Source: a virus. From it: a stretch of DNA of 64,000 nt. The translations under genes were made by a program, and so were the position numbers. The stretch covers positions 122,444 to 186,443 of the IMG/VR virus record IMGVR_UViG_3300028800_000002; one strand, given 5' to 3'. Position 1 is the first letter of the stretch. Each line of letters begins with the position of its first letter. Under the pieces are notes generated by a model. It was not told the DNA's origin, ran no database searches, and worked only from the letters and a program-made list of their open reading frames with translations. Below, piece by piece: positions 37,546 through 47,332 of the stretch.

Positions 37546-39111
37546 ATGAGTGAGTTCAATCCCAAGCAAAGCCAGGCGGCTTTCGGTGAGCTGCGCAAGT
37601 TGGCTGCCTCACGTCAGCGCATGGCGATACCACAGACGCGTTCCGGTCGCAGATCAATGACCGTAACAACGATGCTGAGAAAGGACAAGGAGGGTACTTT
37701 ATTTCGGCATTGGCACGATCATCTTCCAGGCGGGCTAGCAGACAAGAAGAAGCCACAAGATTTTGATTCTAAGTCGCTCGCGCAAGGGCAAGTAGTCGAG
37801 AGCGAGCACACGAGCCAGCCAGCCTTGGCTACTGAGATCGCCATGGATCACCTGACGGAGGATCCCAAGTACTACACGAAGCTCAACCGGATGGAAAAAG
37901 AAGGTGGGCTTGGAGATTTCCTGAAGACTCCAATCCCTGGCACGCGTGATTGGGTCCTGAATACAAGCAAGAATACGTTGCAGGGCGCACGCGCGATTAC
38001 GGGCCGAGCTCCAATACGGCCAAGCTTGTCCCCGGTGGCAGCCAATTCAGTAGCCCCTAGGTCTATGGTGCCTGCTGCGAAATCCATGAAGCCACCAGCC
38101 AGGTCTGTAGCTCCATCCGCGAGAGTCTCAGGCACAATGCCGGCAGCGCGCGGTGGTGTGTCTAGTATTTCCGAAGACGAGATGCGTCGGATGGGATTTA
38201 GTGATCTGCTGAAGTCAGGCTCGGTCATGGCCGAGTTGCGCCAAAAACTTGCCTACACGTTGCAAGGGCACATGAACGTGCAGGGTATCCCTATCTCAAT
38301 TGAGAACCGGAAGGGGTCCGTGCGCAAAGGGGTAGATCCCGACGGGAAGCCTTGGCGCACAGTGTTCAAGCTGCCCTATGGCTACATCACCGGTACGGAG
38401 GGCAATGACCACGAAGAGATTGATGCGTACGTAGGACCGCACAAGAAGGCCCCCAACGCTTTTGTTATCCATCAGCGGCACATCACAGGAAAGGGCTTCG
38501 ACGAGGACAAGGTCATGCTTGGCTTCGAGGACATTGATGAGGCCAAGAAGTTCTACCTAGACCATTACAACGGCGTGGGCAAAAAGCTCCTTGGACCTAT
38601 TTCCACCATCGCAGTCGACGAGTTGCGTCGACGTCTCGAGGAGAAACGCAAGCACACCAAGATTGCCGCAGTCGACATCATGAACTCATCGCTGTATACC
38701 GACAGCGTTGGGGCCAAGCCTCCGAAGAAACCTGGAGAACTTCCCGACATGGAAGGCTCAGATGCTCCGACTTCGAAGTTGGCTAAGCCGGAACTTTCGG
38801 CATTGTCTGATCCCACTGCAATCAAACTTTGGAAGTCATTCGATCAAGGGGCACCTGGAAAGAAAAAACTAGCTTGGGACGGAGTTGGTTCCACGGGCTC
38901 CCCGCTCACCAACAGCACGATGGCCCGCATTGATTCTGATGAAAAGCCTGATCGCGCGCATAAGGGGGACGTTCCTTCAAGGGATGGGACCAGCCCAGGA
39001 TCTGCGCTCACAGTCAAACATGAGGCCGGGCCAGACTTCATGACAACGCTTCCAACCGCCGCTGCGACGGAGAACGCTGGTTCCCAGACGGGCGCCACTA
39101 CGAGGATGTGA
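37546..39111 (+). CDS. Multidomain protein: DUF5661-like domain plus phage inorganic-pyrophosphatase-like (InPase) domain
   Basis: GQVVESEHT...EIAMDHLTEDPKYYTKL; ISIENRKGSVRKGVDPDGKPW...YGYITGTEGNDHEEIDAYVG...FDEDKVMLGF. Confidence 0.72.
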   Translation: MSEFNPKQSQAAFGELRKLAASRQRMAIPQTRSGRRSMTVTTMLRKDKEGTLFRHWHDHLPGGLADKKKPQDFDSKSLAQGQVVESEHTSQPALATEIAMDHLTEDPKYYTKLNRMEKEGGLGDFLKTPIPGTRDWVLNTSKNTLQGARAITGRAPIRPSLSPVAANSVAPRSMVPAAKSMKPPARSVAPSARVSGTMPAARGGVSSISEDEMRRMGFSDLLKSGSVMAELRQKLAYTLQGHMNVQGIPISIENRKGSVRKGVDPDGKPWRTVFKLPYGYITGTEGNDHEEIDAYVGPHKKAPNAFVIHQRHITGKGFDEDKVMLGFEDIDEAKKFYLDHYNGVGKKLLGPISTIAVDELRRRLEEKRKHTKIAAVDIMNSSLYTDSVGAKPPKKPGELPDMEGSDAPTSKLAKPELSALSDPTAIKLWKSFDQGAPGKKKLAWDGVGSTGSPLTNSTMARIDSDEKPDRAHKGDVPSRDGTSPGSALTVKHEAGPDFMTTLPTAAATENAGSQTGATTRM

Positions 39112-40274
39112 TGGACCAATTATCCTTGATGAAATACGCTTGCGCGCGAGAGCTGCTTGCCCAAGGGGCGGTCACAGCAAACCAGGCTCTAGATCTAGCT
39201 AAATACGCAGAGCAAGCTGAGGAAGGACGACCTAATCTCAGGAAATATCTAATAGGAACAGCGGGTGAGACAGCAGCCAGAGCTAGTGGTCTTGCAGGTG
39301 CGCATGCCATGACGCGACAGTCTGGAAAGTACATGGAATCAAATCCTGCGCGTGCACAGGAATTACTTGGGAAGTTGAAGGCCAAGTCTCCAGTGCCCAT
39401 TCAGGATGTAGAAGGGTTGGACAACTCTATGTTTGTGCCAGGTCCTTTTTCCGCCAAACAGATCTCTAAGAAGGTTGGCGTCCCTGTTCAAGGCAACAGC
39501 ATCCTCATGGGCAGCGGAGCAAATTCCCCGCACGTACTTGCGCATGAACTCGGGCACGCTGATATAGCTGGATCACGCTGGGGTAAATTGTTGCAAAATA
39601 CTCCGACTACCTTATTAGGAAATGCTTCTCAGCACATTGGAGCTGCTTCTGGCTTGCTAACGGGGCTGAACTCAGATGAAGGATCTAAAGCTAGAAAATG
39701 GGGCATAGCTGCTCCAGCGTTGGCTGCTGCCCCTCAATTGATGTATGAAGCGGGTGCTACTGCCTTAGGCATGCGGAAGTTACGTGGAGCAGGTGCCAGC
39801 GGCAAAGAGCTATTGCACTCTTTGAAGACCCTTGGTCCAGCCTATGGGACCTATCTGTCGCGTGCAGGTGGAGGAGTTGCCTCAGCGGCTGCCATGCAGG
39901 GCGTGGGCGGCGCCATCCGTGATCATAGGAAGAAGAAAACTGCCGGAGTTACACCGGAGCGAGCGCGACGCTCTTTGGACAGGCTCGATACCCTTGAGAG
40001 CAACAAGCCAACGGTTGGGCAGGCTGGTCGCTATGGAGCTATCGGCGGGGTAGGTGGCGCTGGAATTGGTGCCATTGGGAATATGATCGAGCACGGCTCC
40101 GCACTGAAGGGAGCAACACCCAAGGCCAAAGCACTCAATTTTGCGGCCAACGCTGCGAAAGGGGCCCTCGGGGGAGGGGCAATCCCATTGCTGCGCAACA
40201 CCATGGATCGCCGTGCAGAGGTAGGGACCCTCCACAAGTTTGTTCGAGAAAATAGAGGAATTCCTAATGCCTGA
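39108..40274 (+). CDS. Protein with zincin HExxH motif and Gly-rich hydrophobic segments
   Basis: VLAHELGHA, downstream E in LMYEAGA. Confidence 0.6.
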   Translation: MMDQLSLMKYACARELLAQGAVTANQALDLAKYAEQAEEGRPNLRKYLIGTAGETAARASGLAGAHAMTRQSGKYMESNPARAQELLGKLKAKSPVPIQDVEGLDNSMFVPGPFSAKQISKKVGVPVQGNSILMGSGANSPHVLAHELGHADIAGSRWGKLLQNTPTTLLGNASQHIGAASGLLTGLNSDEGSKARKWGIAAPALAAAPQLMYEAGATALGMRKLRGAGASGKELLHSLKTLGPAYGTYLSRAGGGVASAAAMQGVGGAIRDHRKKKTAGVTPERARRSLDRLDTLESNKPTVGQAGRYGAIGGVGGAGIGAIGNMIEHGSALKGATPKAKALNFAANAAKGALGGGAIPLLRNTMDRRAEVGTLHKFVRENRGIPNA

Positions 40275-41304
40275 GTGGATGCACAATCGAGCTGAGCACA
40301 TCTTGGCTAAAAACCCATCGATGCCGAAGTCCGAGGCTTTCGCCATCGCGACTCAGCAGATGCACTCGGGCGGCCACGGACCCAAAGGATATGGCACCGC
40401 CGAGGGGCGCCGTACCGCCAAGGCTAAATTCAGCACGCCCAAAGATGATCAACAGTGGGCTAACCCAGGTGGGCTCGAGTCTCCGAAGCTCAAGCATGCA
40501 TCACTGGGTTCCGCCTTAGTTACCGTGCTGACCAAGGTCGGGTTCACTGCCTCTTCCTACGGTGGGCAACCCGCGCAGAATCCCCCTGGCATGAAGGGGC
40601 AAAGCCAAATCCCGCCTTTCGTAGCCCCTCCTATTGAGGTCAAGGCTGCCGCCGCGTTAGGAGCAGGCATCCGGAACTTTGCTAAGGCAGTCAAGGGTGA
40701 GGGAAAACCCCTGCGTGCTGCAGCAGAGCGGCACCGCTCCATGGCCAACAGTATTAGGGACAACCTGGGCCGGAAGGTGGATTTGAAACGCCAGACTGTT
40801 GACCTGCCGCCGATGCGCGGGGGCTGGGCGCACTCTACGCAGGCACTTGAGACAGATGCCCGGCGTCATGCGCGGGCAGGCCACCTGTCTGGAGTACTTG
40901 CCGACGTTGCGGATAAAGAGACCCGTAAAGCTCGTGCAGTGCTGGGTGGTGGGGTTGCCGCCACTGCCGGGGGTGTTGGCGCTGCGATGCATGGTGCACG
41001 CAAGGAAAAGGAAGCCGGCGTCGGAGTTGGTGCTGGTATGTCCGCCTCCCAGTACTCAGGCCCGTTGTCCATGGGTGCATTCAAGCAGACCAGCCAAATC
41101 CCTCCGTTTACTGCGCCGCCCATTGAGCAGTCGAAGACTGCAGCTCCAGCTACGGGTGCCATGGGTGCCGCGGGCAAGCTTCGAGCAACACAGCGTGTGG
41201 GCGGTCCCAAGACGACTGGATTCTCGGGTCCTAGTATCTCTGAGATCTCAAAACCTCGAGGTTTTGGAATGCCGTTGTCCGGAACTCTGAAGAACCAGCT
41301 GTGA
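40267..41304 (+). CDS. Putative internal head protein with multiple K-x-A/G motifs
   Basis: Start MPEWMH; KHAS, KVGF, KAAA, KEAG, KTAA; internal repeat SQIPPF.APPIE twice. Confidence 0.6.
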   Translation: MPEWMHNRAEHILAKNPSMPKSEAFAIATQQMHSGGHGPKGYGTAEGRRTAKAKFSTPKDDQQWANPGGLESPKLKHASLGSALVTVLTKVGFTASSYGGQPAQNPPGMKGQSQIPPFVAPPIEVKAAAALGAGIRNFAKAVKGEGKPLRAAAERHRSMANSIRDNLGRKVDLKRQTVDLPPMRGGWAHSTQALETDARRHARAGHLSGVLADVADKETRKARAVLGGGVAATAGGVGAAMHGARKEKEAGVGVGAGMSASQYSGPLSMGAFKQTSQIPPFTAPPIEQSKTAAPATGAMGAAGKLRATQRVGGPKTTGFSGPSISEISKPRGFGMPLSGTLKNQL

Positions 41305-41388
41305 TCTCCTGCACAATTCCGTTGCAAACAATCAGTGAGTAAGTGGCATAAGAAACGTGAACAACCAATCTTTCCTATGGGAGGTTGC

Positions 41389-42057
41389 ATGCACGATGCC
41401 TGTCCAATCATAGGCAGTTACTTGGCTCAAGTTCGAAAATACGTGGATGAAGATGCCTGGATCACAGAGGCATATCTACGACAGCTCGATACTATTGATG
41501 AGGCCTTAGTCAGACAGGGGGCTGGGAATACATTGGCTCGGCAACATCAGCGTGCATTCTTGAGCATAGAATGGACGTTATACCGTTTGCCGGCTAGCTT
41601 ACCCTCCAACATAACCCAGCAGCTATCGATGTCTCCATGGCCGCGGTCTAGAGAGGGATTGACGACGCTGGTTACCTTGCTTCGCGGCGACACAGATGAA
41701 CTCCTAGGCGCTATGACGGAGCATACGCTGTCCAGAGGGATGGTGCTGCAGGGTGGTGAAGTGGCAGGAGATCCACTCAATAACGTGAAGAGAAAACTTG
41801 GGGACATGGCGGATCAGATGTACCAGGATAATCGCGCTGCGCTGCAGCATGTATACCGCTACGGTGGTGAGTCAGCGATCATTCTTAGGCGTGCACTACG
41901 AAACCCTTGCATACGGCTTACCAGAGTGGGTGTGCGTTTGGCAAAGGCAGCACGCGCTGCGCGTATCGGTATGAGCAGTATGTTGGAGTTGGCGGAAATA
42001 CTTTTGGCACAACAAGAAAGCAATGCGGTGAGAGCATGGGAGATTCCGCTGAGGTAA
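41389..42057 (+). CDS. Hypothetical protein
   Basis: SD GGAGG before MHDACP. Confidence 0.55.
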   Translation: MHDACPIIGSYLAQVRKYVDEDAWITEAYLRQLDTIDEALVRQGAGNTLARQHQRAFLSIEWTLYRLPASLPSNITQQLSMSPWPRSREGLTTLVTLLRGDTDELLGAMTEHTLSRGMVLQGGEVAGDPLNNVKRKLGDMADQMYQDNRAALQHVYRYGGESAIILRRALRNPCIRLTRVGVRLAKAARAARIGMSSMLELAEILLAQQESNAVRAWEIPLR

Positions 42058-42398
42058 TTGACAAGCTTCCAGGGCTTCAATTCCATGGAGTCCAATCGAC
42101 CATCAAGGCAAACGGTAGAGGGGACTTGACGGGCACAATCACGATGTCCTGTCGTGTGCATGATCGAGATCTCTGGAATTTGGCTGTGGACAAGTTCGAA
42201 GACTTCAAAGTCTTCAGCAGTACAACAGAGGAGATTTTTGATGCATTGAGCAGCGCCCTGTATGGTGCCGACGATGACCTCCATGCCGCCCAGCAACGGG
42301 AGCAAGCGGCCCTTATGCTTGTGGCACAAAAGGAGCTGAAGATCGCTGAATTGGAAGGAATATTGGCATCCATCGGCGTAGAACTGGGCATTGAGTGA
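42036..42398 (+). CDS. Hypothetical protein with C-terminal coiled coil
   Basis: Start moved to MGDSAE. Confidence 0.55.
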   Translation: MGDSAEVIDKLPGLQFHGVQSTIKANGRGDLTGTITMSCRVHDRDLWNLAVDKFEDFKVFSSTTEEIFDALSSALYGADDDLHAAQQREQAALMLVAQKELKIAELEGILASIGVELGIE

Positions 42399-42425
42399 GA
42401 GATGCCGTAGTATTCTAGGGATCCT

Positions 42426-42914
42426 ATGGCACTCACCGATGACGTCCCTATCCGAATCACGGCCCCTGAGTACACAACTGCAGCGGAAAGCGCGCTCACC
42501 CAATGGCTCAGCAAAGAGGCCATGGGTGGTGGTGAAGTACCCGAGACCAATGAGTCCACAAGTACCGTAGCCTATTCGGACTTGTACGACGACCCAAAGG
42601 GCAGGAAGGATGTATCGAACGTTGATGGGCATTGGGGAAAGAAGACGCAATCTACTGAACAGCGCGTCGATCCCTTGCACAACAATCGCGGTACCTTCTC
42701 AGCCTCTCAAGAAGAGCGGCATATAGTGACCCAAAGGGCACTTGACTCTTTACCGTCGGCAGCAGCCAATGCGCAGGCAATGCTCGCCGCAAACTTCGAC
42801 CACGCTAAGTCAGGAGATTACATTGCGCATTCCTTGCTGCAGCAAGGGAAAGCAAAGGCGGCATCAGCCGGTACCTTGTCCGAGCGTGTGCGACACATTA
42901 TCGATCAGTTCTGA
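42426..42914 (+). CDS. Hypothetical protein with K-x-A motifs
   Basis: WLSKEAMG, KAKAASA. Confidence 0.6.
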   Translation: MALTDDVPIRITAPEYTTAAESALTQWLSKEAMGGGEVPETNESTSTVAYSDLYDDPKGRKDVSNVDGHWGKKTQSTEQRVDPLHNNRGTFSASQEERHIVTQRALDSLPSAAANAQAMLAANFDHAKSGDYIAHSLLQQGKAKAASAGTLSERVRHIIDQF

Positions 42915-42920
42915 GGAGTC

Positions 42921-43682
42921 ATGAGTGAGAATCCTGTTCAGGACTTCCTGAACTACAGTAGCAAGGAAGCCAGCGGCAAGGCGGAGGAAGATCTCCGCCT
43001 TTGGCATGTCTGGGACCAGTCTGGGAGAACCCCAGAAACTTTGCAGCCCTTGATGAAGCGTTATGCTCCTTTATTGGGCAGAAAGGCACGGGACTGGAAA
43101 GCGCCATCGGTAGCTCTTGAGGCGTTCAACGCTGAACTGCAGCGTCAGTTCATTCAAGCGGCGCATAGCTTTGACCCAGAACGCGGGGTAGCCTTCAACA
43201 CGCATGTTCAGACGCGCATACCCAAGGCTCAACGTTACAACGCCAGGTATCAGAACGTCGGATATATTCCTGAGGGGCAATCAGTAAACATCGGCCCTAT
43301 GGATCGTGCATCAGAAGAGTTGATGGACGAGCTAGGCAGAGCGCCTACAAATGGAGAAATTGCCTCACGACTGGGCTTGCCTGAGCGCAAAGTAACCGCG
43401 CTAATGAAAGCTCGAAGAAAGGATGTACCTGCATCGAGATTTGAGTCTGATCCCTTCGGTAGTTCTACTGCCCGAGAGATGGACGTTATCCGATTGATGA
43501 AGGAACGTCCGCATGAGTACTTCACACCTGACGAGGCGCGCGTGTTCAATCACGTGTACGGGGTTGGTGGGGTAAAGAAGATAACGGACACAACAGGGCT
43601 TGCCGCCCAGTTGGGTATCTCGCAACCCAAAGTCTCACGCTTGAAGACTTCAATCGCGGGCAAAGTAAAAAAGCACATGTAA
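42921..43682 (+). CDS. RNA polymerase sigma-70 family factor (FliA/SigF/WhiG-like)
   Basis: Region 2 AAHSFDPERGVAFNTHV; region 3 ELGRAPTNGEIASRLGL; region 4 HTH LAAQLGISQPKVSRL; SD GAGGAG. Confidence 0.85.
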   Translation: MSENPVQDFLNYSSKEASGKAEEDLRLWHVWDQSGRTPETLQPLMKRYAPLLGRKARDWKAPSVALEAFNAELQRQFIQAAHSFDPERGVAFNTHVQTRIPKAQRYNARYQNVGYIPEGQSVNIGPMDRASEELMDELGRAPTNGEIASRLGLPERKVTALMKARRKDVPASRFESDPFGSSTAREMDVIRLMKERPHEYFTPDEARVFNHVYGVGGVKKITDTTGLAAQLGISQPKVSRLKTSIAGKVKKHM

Positions 43683-43736
43683 TGTAGCCGCCTTGGCGGG
43701 AACTACATCCTATTCTTACCGCAGCCTTCGCGCTGC

Positions 43737-44954
43737 ATGGATCCATTTATGTACTCACCTTCTGACTATGACGTCCAAGAGGACGAACAAACTAATGCCC
43801 AACGCAGCCGTCTTCTCTCCCACATCAACCTTGGCGCGCAGGAGCAACGGCGTCTCATACAGTATTGCGCCGACAACATTCCGACGGACCGTTACGTTCA
43901 CCCGAGACTTATGCGGTTTTTCGTCGAGGACCATGCGTTGGGTGGTGACCGCTCGGATATACGTATTCAATACACGATGCGCCAGGGTTCGCCGGAGGTG
44001 AAAAATGTGCACAGGCACGCACTGGGGCAATTGGGAGATATCTCTGGGCTAAAGCGGACTTACTTGAGCTTCCTTGATGAGCCTTCACCGAAGGCTTGGA
44101 AGCGCGAGTTGATGGTGATGAACCTCAATACCTTGTTCGATAGACAGACATTCTTGAACAAGCTGAAGCGTGAAGCTGAGTTTCTTCATCGCATGGTCAA
44201 CGGGCAACTCCGCGCAGTACTAACCCAGAGTTACAATCGGCACTTGGTTAGTTCTGCTGTACTGCAGCCATTTCTGGAGGTATGCCAGGAAGTTGGGCTG
44301 AAACCTGCAAGGGCTCATATCACTGATACTCGAGTGCACTTGCAGACGTATTTACCCTATGCCTTTCAACCCTATCCAGGAGAGTTCTTGGCAGTAGGTA
44401 CATGCTGGGGTAATAGCGACTTTGGCGAAGGCAAGGTGAAAATTAGTCACAGCGTTCTTCGACTCAATGGCAAGGGCAGCCTCATCACCGGGGATACCTT
44501 TAGCCGTATTCACATCGGGTCGGTGGTGCAAGACACAGACATCAAGATGGACGACAAAGTTGCCGTCAAAGAGCTTGAGGCTGTGGCAGCTGCTTCACAG
44601 TCAGCCGTGCGGGAAATAATGAAGCCTGAGTCAGTACAAAGGCTTCTTGACGCCATCGGCAGGGCCCATGCAGAGGACATTCCTTGGTCAAAGCTCAAGG
44701 ATCGTCTGCACCGTCTGCTTTCAAAATCGGACGTTACAACACTTGAAGGCTTCTTGACCGATGGCATCGTAGACCTGCCAAAGCCCGGCATTGGCAACAA
44801 CGGTGAGCCCTTGCCCTCTAGATGGTGGGCGGCTGCAGCTTTGTCGCTATTGGCTGAAAATCAAACAGATGTGGCCAAGGGCATGGAACTCAAGGCCCTC
44901 GCTGGCACATATCTTGTGCTAGACAAAACCAAGAACGGAGAAACCAATGCCTGA
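43737..44954 (+). CDS. DUF932-like phage protein
   Basis: LRAVLTQSY...GEFLAVGTCWGNSDFGEGKVKISHSVLRL resembles the DUF932 signature. Confidence 0.55.
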   Translation: MDPFMYSPSDYDVQEDEQTNAQRSRLLSHINLGAQEQRRLIQYCADNIPTDRYVHPRLMRFFVEDHALGGDRSDIRIQYTMRQGSPEVKNVHRHALGQLGDISGLKRTYLSFLDEPSPKAWKRELMVMNLNTLFDRQTFLNKLKREAEFLHRMVNGQLRAVLTQSYNRHLVSSAVLQPFLEVCQEVGLKPARAHITDTRVHLQTYLPYAFQPYPGEFLAVGTCWGNSDFGEGKVKISHSVLRLNGKGSLITGDTFSRIHIGSVVQDTDIKMDDKVAVKELEAVAAASQSAVREIMKPESVQRLLDAIGRAHAEDIPWSKLKDRLHRLLSKSDVTTLEGFLTDGIVDLPKPGIGNNGEPLPSRWWAAAALSLLAENQTDVAKGMELKALAGTYLVLDKTKNGETNA

Positions 44955-45198
44955 TGAAAAGAAAGTCTTCAAAGTAGTTGTCAATGTGCCGGTCAATGCA
45001 CTGGAGGATACGTTGAATGCATTGGTGGAGGAGGGGTATCAAATTCACGGCTACAAAGAGACGCCCACAGTAGAGGGCGTTCTTCATTTTGTGGTCGTAG
45101 GCTTTGACCCTATTCAAATAGGGGTGAAGCATGCACATGCGCAGGCAGCCGCGATGGGCTTTGCACAGCATCCTATTCCCACTGCCAAGGGCGTATAA
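44947..45198 (+). CDS. Hypothetical protein
   Basis: 83 aa, SD GGAG. Confidence 0.55.
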   Translation: MPDEKKVFKVVVNVPVNALEDTLNALVEEGYQIHGYKETPTVEGVLHFVVVGFDPIQIGVKHAHAQAAAMGFAQHPIPTAKGV

Positions 45199-45204
45199 CA
45201 GCCC

Positions 45205-45666
45205 ATGAGTCGGTGGACTCCGCTTTACGCGACATCCCCGAGCGGTAAGACACTCTTTGTCTGTCGAATGTGCGGGAGAATCACGCCGTTACCAGACAAA
45301 GAGTGCTCTGTACTGCCCGTGGTCTCTGACGGCAAAGCCGCAATGACCTGCTCGCTGTTGGAGGAAATTGAGGAGTCATTGATCGAAGTCGGTGAGATCC
45401 CAAAACAGGAAGGTATAGAGCTCTGGATTCATTGGGATGAGGAAAATCGCAAGGGGGTAGTGCAATGGGGCAAGTACCCTGGTCGAGGCGGCATGATGCA
45501 CCGTGCAGACGTTGTAGTTATCCCAAAAACAAAGAATACAGAGCGAGCCGTGGTTCCTCGCACTCCGGAGGGCCACATCAACAACTGCTCATTGGCGCAC
45601 GGTGAAGATGAAGCTACTTGTCAGATTTGCAATGGTAATTGTCCGGATCGGGAGTTGTTCAAATGA
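45205..45666 (+). CDS. Hypothetical zinc-binding protein
   Basis: CRMC, CSLAH...CQICNGNC. Confidence 0.55.
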   Translation: MSRWTPLYATSPSGKTLFVCRMCGRITPLPDKECSVLPVVSDGKAAMTCSLLEEIEESLIEVGEIPKQEGIELWIHWDEENRKGVVQWGKYPGRGGMMHRADVVVIPKTKNTERAVVPRTPEGHINNCSLAHGEDEATCQICNGNCPDRELFK

Positions 45667-46673
45667 GTGCAGAGGCAGACGCAATCAAAGGTAAGTATTT
45701 CAGAGTGCTAGATCACGGCTTCGTGTCCTTGGTCGATTACATGGGCGATGATGCCGCGGTGGTTCAGGCTGCGAGGGTTTCATACGGTGCTGGGACAAAG
45801 TCCCCTAAGGATGATCGAGGAACTTTGCGGTACATGAAGCGGCACATGCACACTTCTCCATTCGAGCAGGTGGAGCTGAAGTTCCATGTGAAGTTGCCCA
45901 TCTTTGTGGCCCGCCAACTCATTCGGCACCGCACTGCTAACGTCAATGAGTACTCCATGCGGTTCTCGCTACCGTTTATGCAGTTCTACATGCCAATGGC
46001 GGAATCTATGGGCACCCAGAGCAAGAAGAACAAGCAAGGACGTGCCGCGCCAGTTAGCGCACCGAACGCTTCTTGGATCCTGGATAAATGGGAGGAATTG
46101 CAGAAGCAATCAGTTGATCTCTACGAGCTCATCACTGCTAAGAACATCGATTTGGCACGTGAGCTTGCGCGCATGGGGTTACCCTTATCCATCTACACTG
46201 AGTGGTATTGGAAGATCGACATGCACAACTTGATGCACTTCCTCTGCCTTCGTTGTGACGGACATGCTCAATGGGAAATTCAACAGTACAGCAACATGAA
46301 GGCTTCCATCATGCGTGCGGTGGCACCTGTCTCCTATGACGCCTGGATTGACTATGCCTTTCAAGCACATACGTTCAGCCGCATGGAGATGGTGCTGTTG
46401 CGTAGGCTTTTAGGGACTTCAATATCCAGCGGCCTTGGTCTGGCTCCTGCAGCTACGCATGTGCAAGTTATCAGTGGAGATATTTTGAAGCTCCATGCAG
46501 ATGCATTAGGGATGACCGACCGTGAATGGACTGAATTCATGGAAGCCTTCGACCGAGTCAACACACCCGATCTCTACGAGAAACCCGCGGACTTCAAATT
46601 GGACCTGTCTACGGCAGTGCCTGCTGCAGTTCTGCAGCGTGAGGCGCTAATGAGCGCCCCGAGAGAGCTGTAA
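45663..46673 (+). CDS. thyX: FAD-dependent thymidylate synthase
   Basis: AARVSYG, HTSPFE, PIFVARQLIRHRTANVNEYSMRF signature, HAQWEI. Confidence 0.95.
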   Translation: MSAEADAIKGKYFRVLDHGFVSLVDYMGDDAAVVQAARVSYGAGTKSPKDDRGTLRYMKRHMHTSPFEQVELKFHVKLPIFVARQLIRHRTANVNEYSMRFSLPFMQFYMPMAESMGTQSKKNKQGRAAPVSAPNASWILDKWEELQKQSVDLYELITAKNIDLARELARMGLPLSIYTEWYWKIDMHNLMHFLCLRCDGHAQWEIQQYSNMKASIMRAVAPVSYDAWIDYAFQAHTFSRMEMVLLRRLLGTSISSGLGLAPAATHVQVISGDILKLHADALGMTDREWTEFMEAFDRVNTPDLYEKPADFKLDLSTAVPAAVLQREALMSAPREL

Positions 46674-47332
46674 TGTCGCGCTGCACCTCAACGACGACTC
46701 AATTGCAAGAGCGGGGACTTCAACGCTTGCAAGATCCTAGCCTTGCTTTTGTGATTGGAATTGATGAGGTGGGCTATGGAGCTTGGGCTGGGCCGGTTGT
46801 GGTTTGTGCCGCAGTAGCCCCGGCCCAATGGTCCCACCCAGAGGTCAAAGACTCGAAGCTTGTCAGCCCTGTCAACCGTGAGGCGCTGACGCGCAACCTG
46901 CTCATCCCTCCCATAATCCCTTTCCACTGCATCCTCTCGTACTCGAACACGGAGATTGATGAGAGGGGCGTGGGGAAGGCTAGGGACTCATTGGCGCTGC
47001 GCGCGGCACGCCGTTGCCTGGAGAAATACCCAGGATCTATTGTGGCCATGGACGGAAACGTTAGACCGGCTGGGATGCCAGACAAGTTTGTCTGCATGCC
47101 GAAAGCCGACAACCTCGTCCCTGCAGTGAGCGCTGCGAGCATCATCGCCAAAGTGTACCGTGATGAATTGATGCGTGTATTGGCTCTAGAATTCCCCGGT
47201 TACGATTTTGAGCACAATGTGGGCTATCGATCCGACAAGCATGTCGACGGATTGAACACGCTTGGAGTATCGGCAGTACATCGACAGAGCTACAGCAATA
47301 TTCGTCAATTGTTGGATCGCGAATCAAAGTAG
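46673..47332 (+). CDS. rnhB: Ribonuclease HII
   Basis: IGIDEVGYGAWAGPVVVCA, VKDSKL, DGN, VSAASIIAKVYRD, HNVGY, HRQSY. Confidence 0.92.
   Translation: MSRCTSTTTQLQERGLQRLQDPSLAFVIGIDEVGYGAWAGPVVVCAAVAPAQWSHPEVKDSKLVSPVNREALTRNLLIPPIIPFHCILSYSNTEIDERGVGKARDSLALRAARRCLEKYPGSIVAMDGNVRPAGMPDKFVCMPKADNLVPAVSAASIIAKVYRDELMRVLALEFPGYDFEHNVGYRSDKHVDGLNTLGVSAVHRQSYSNIRQLLDRESK

Noticed and set aside
41859-42680. 273-aa - strand ORF
   Set aside because: Fully overlaps three coherent + strand genes and has no recognisable features.
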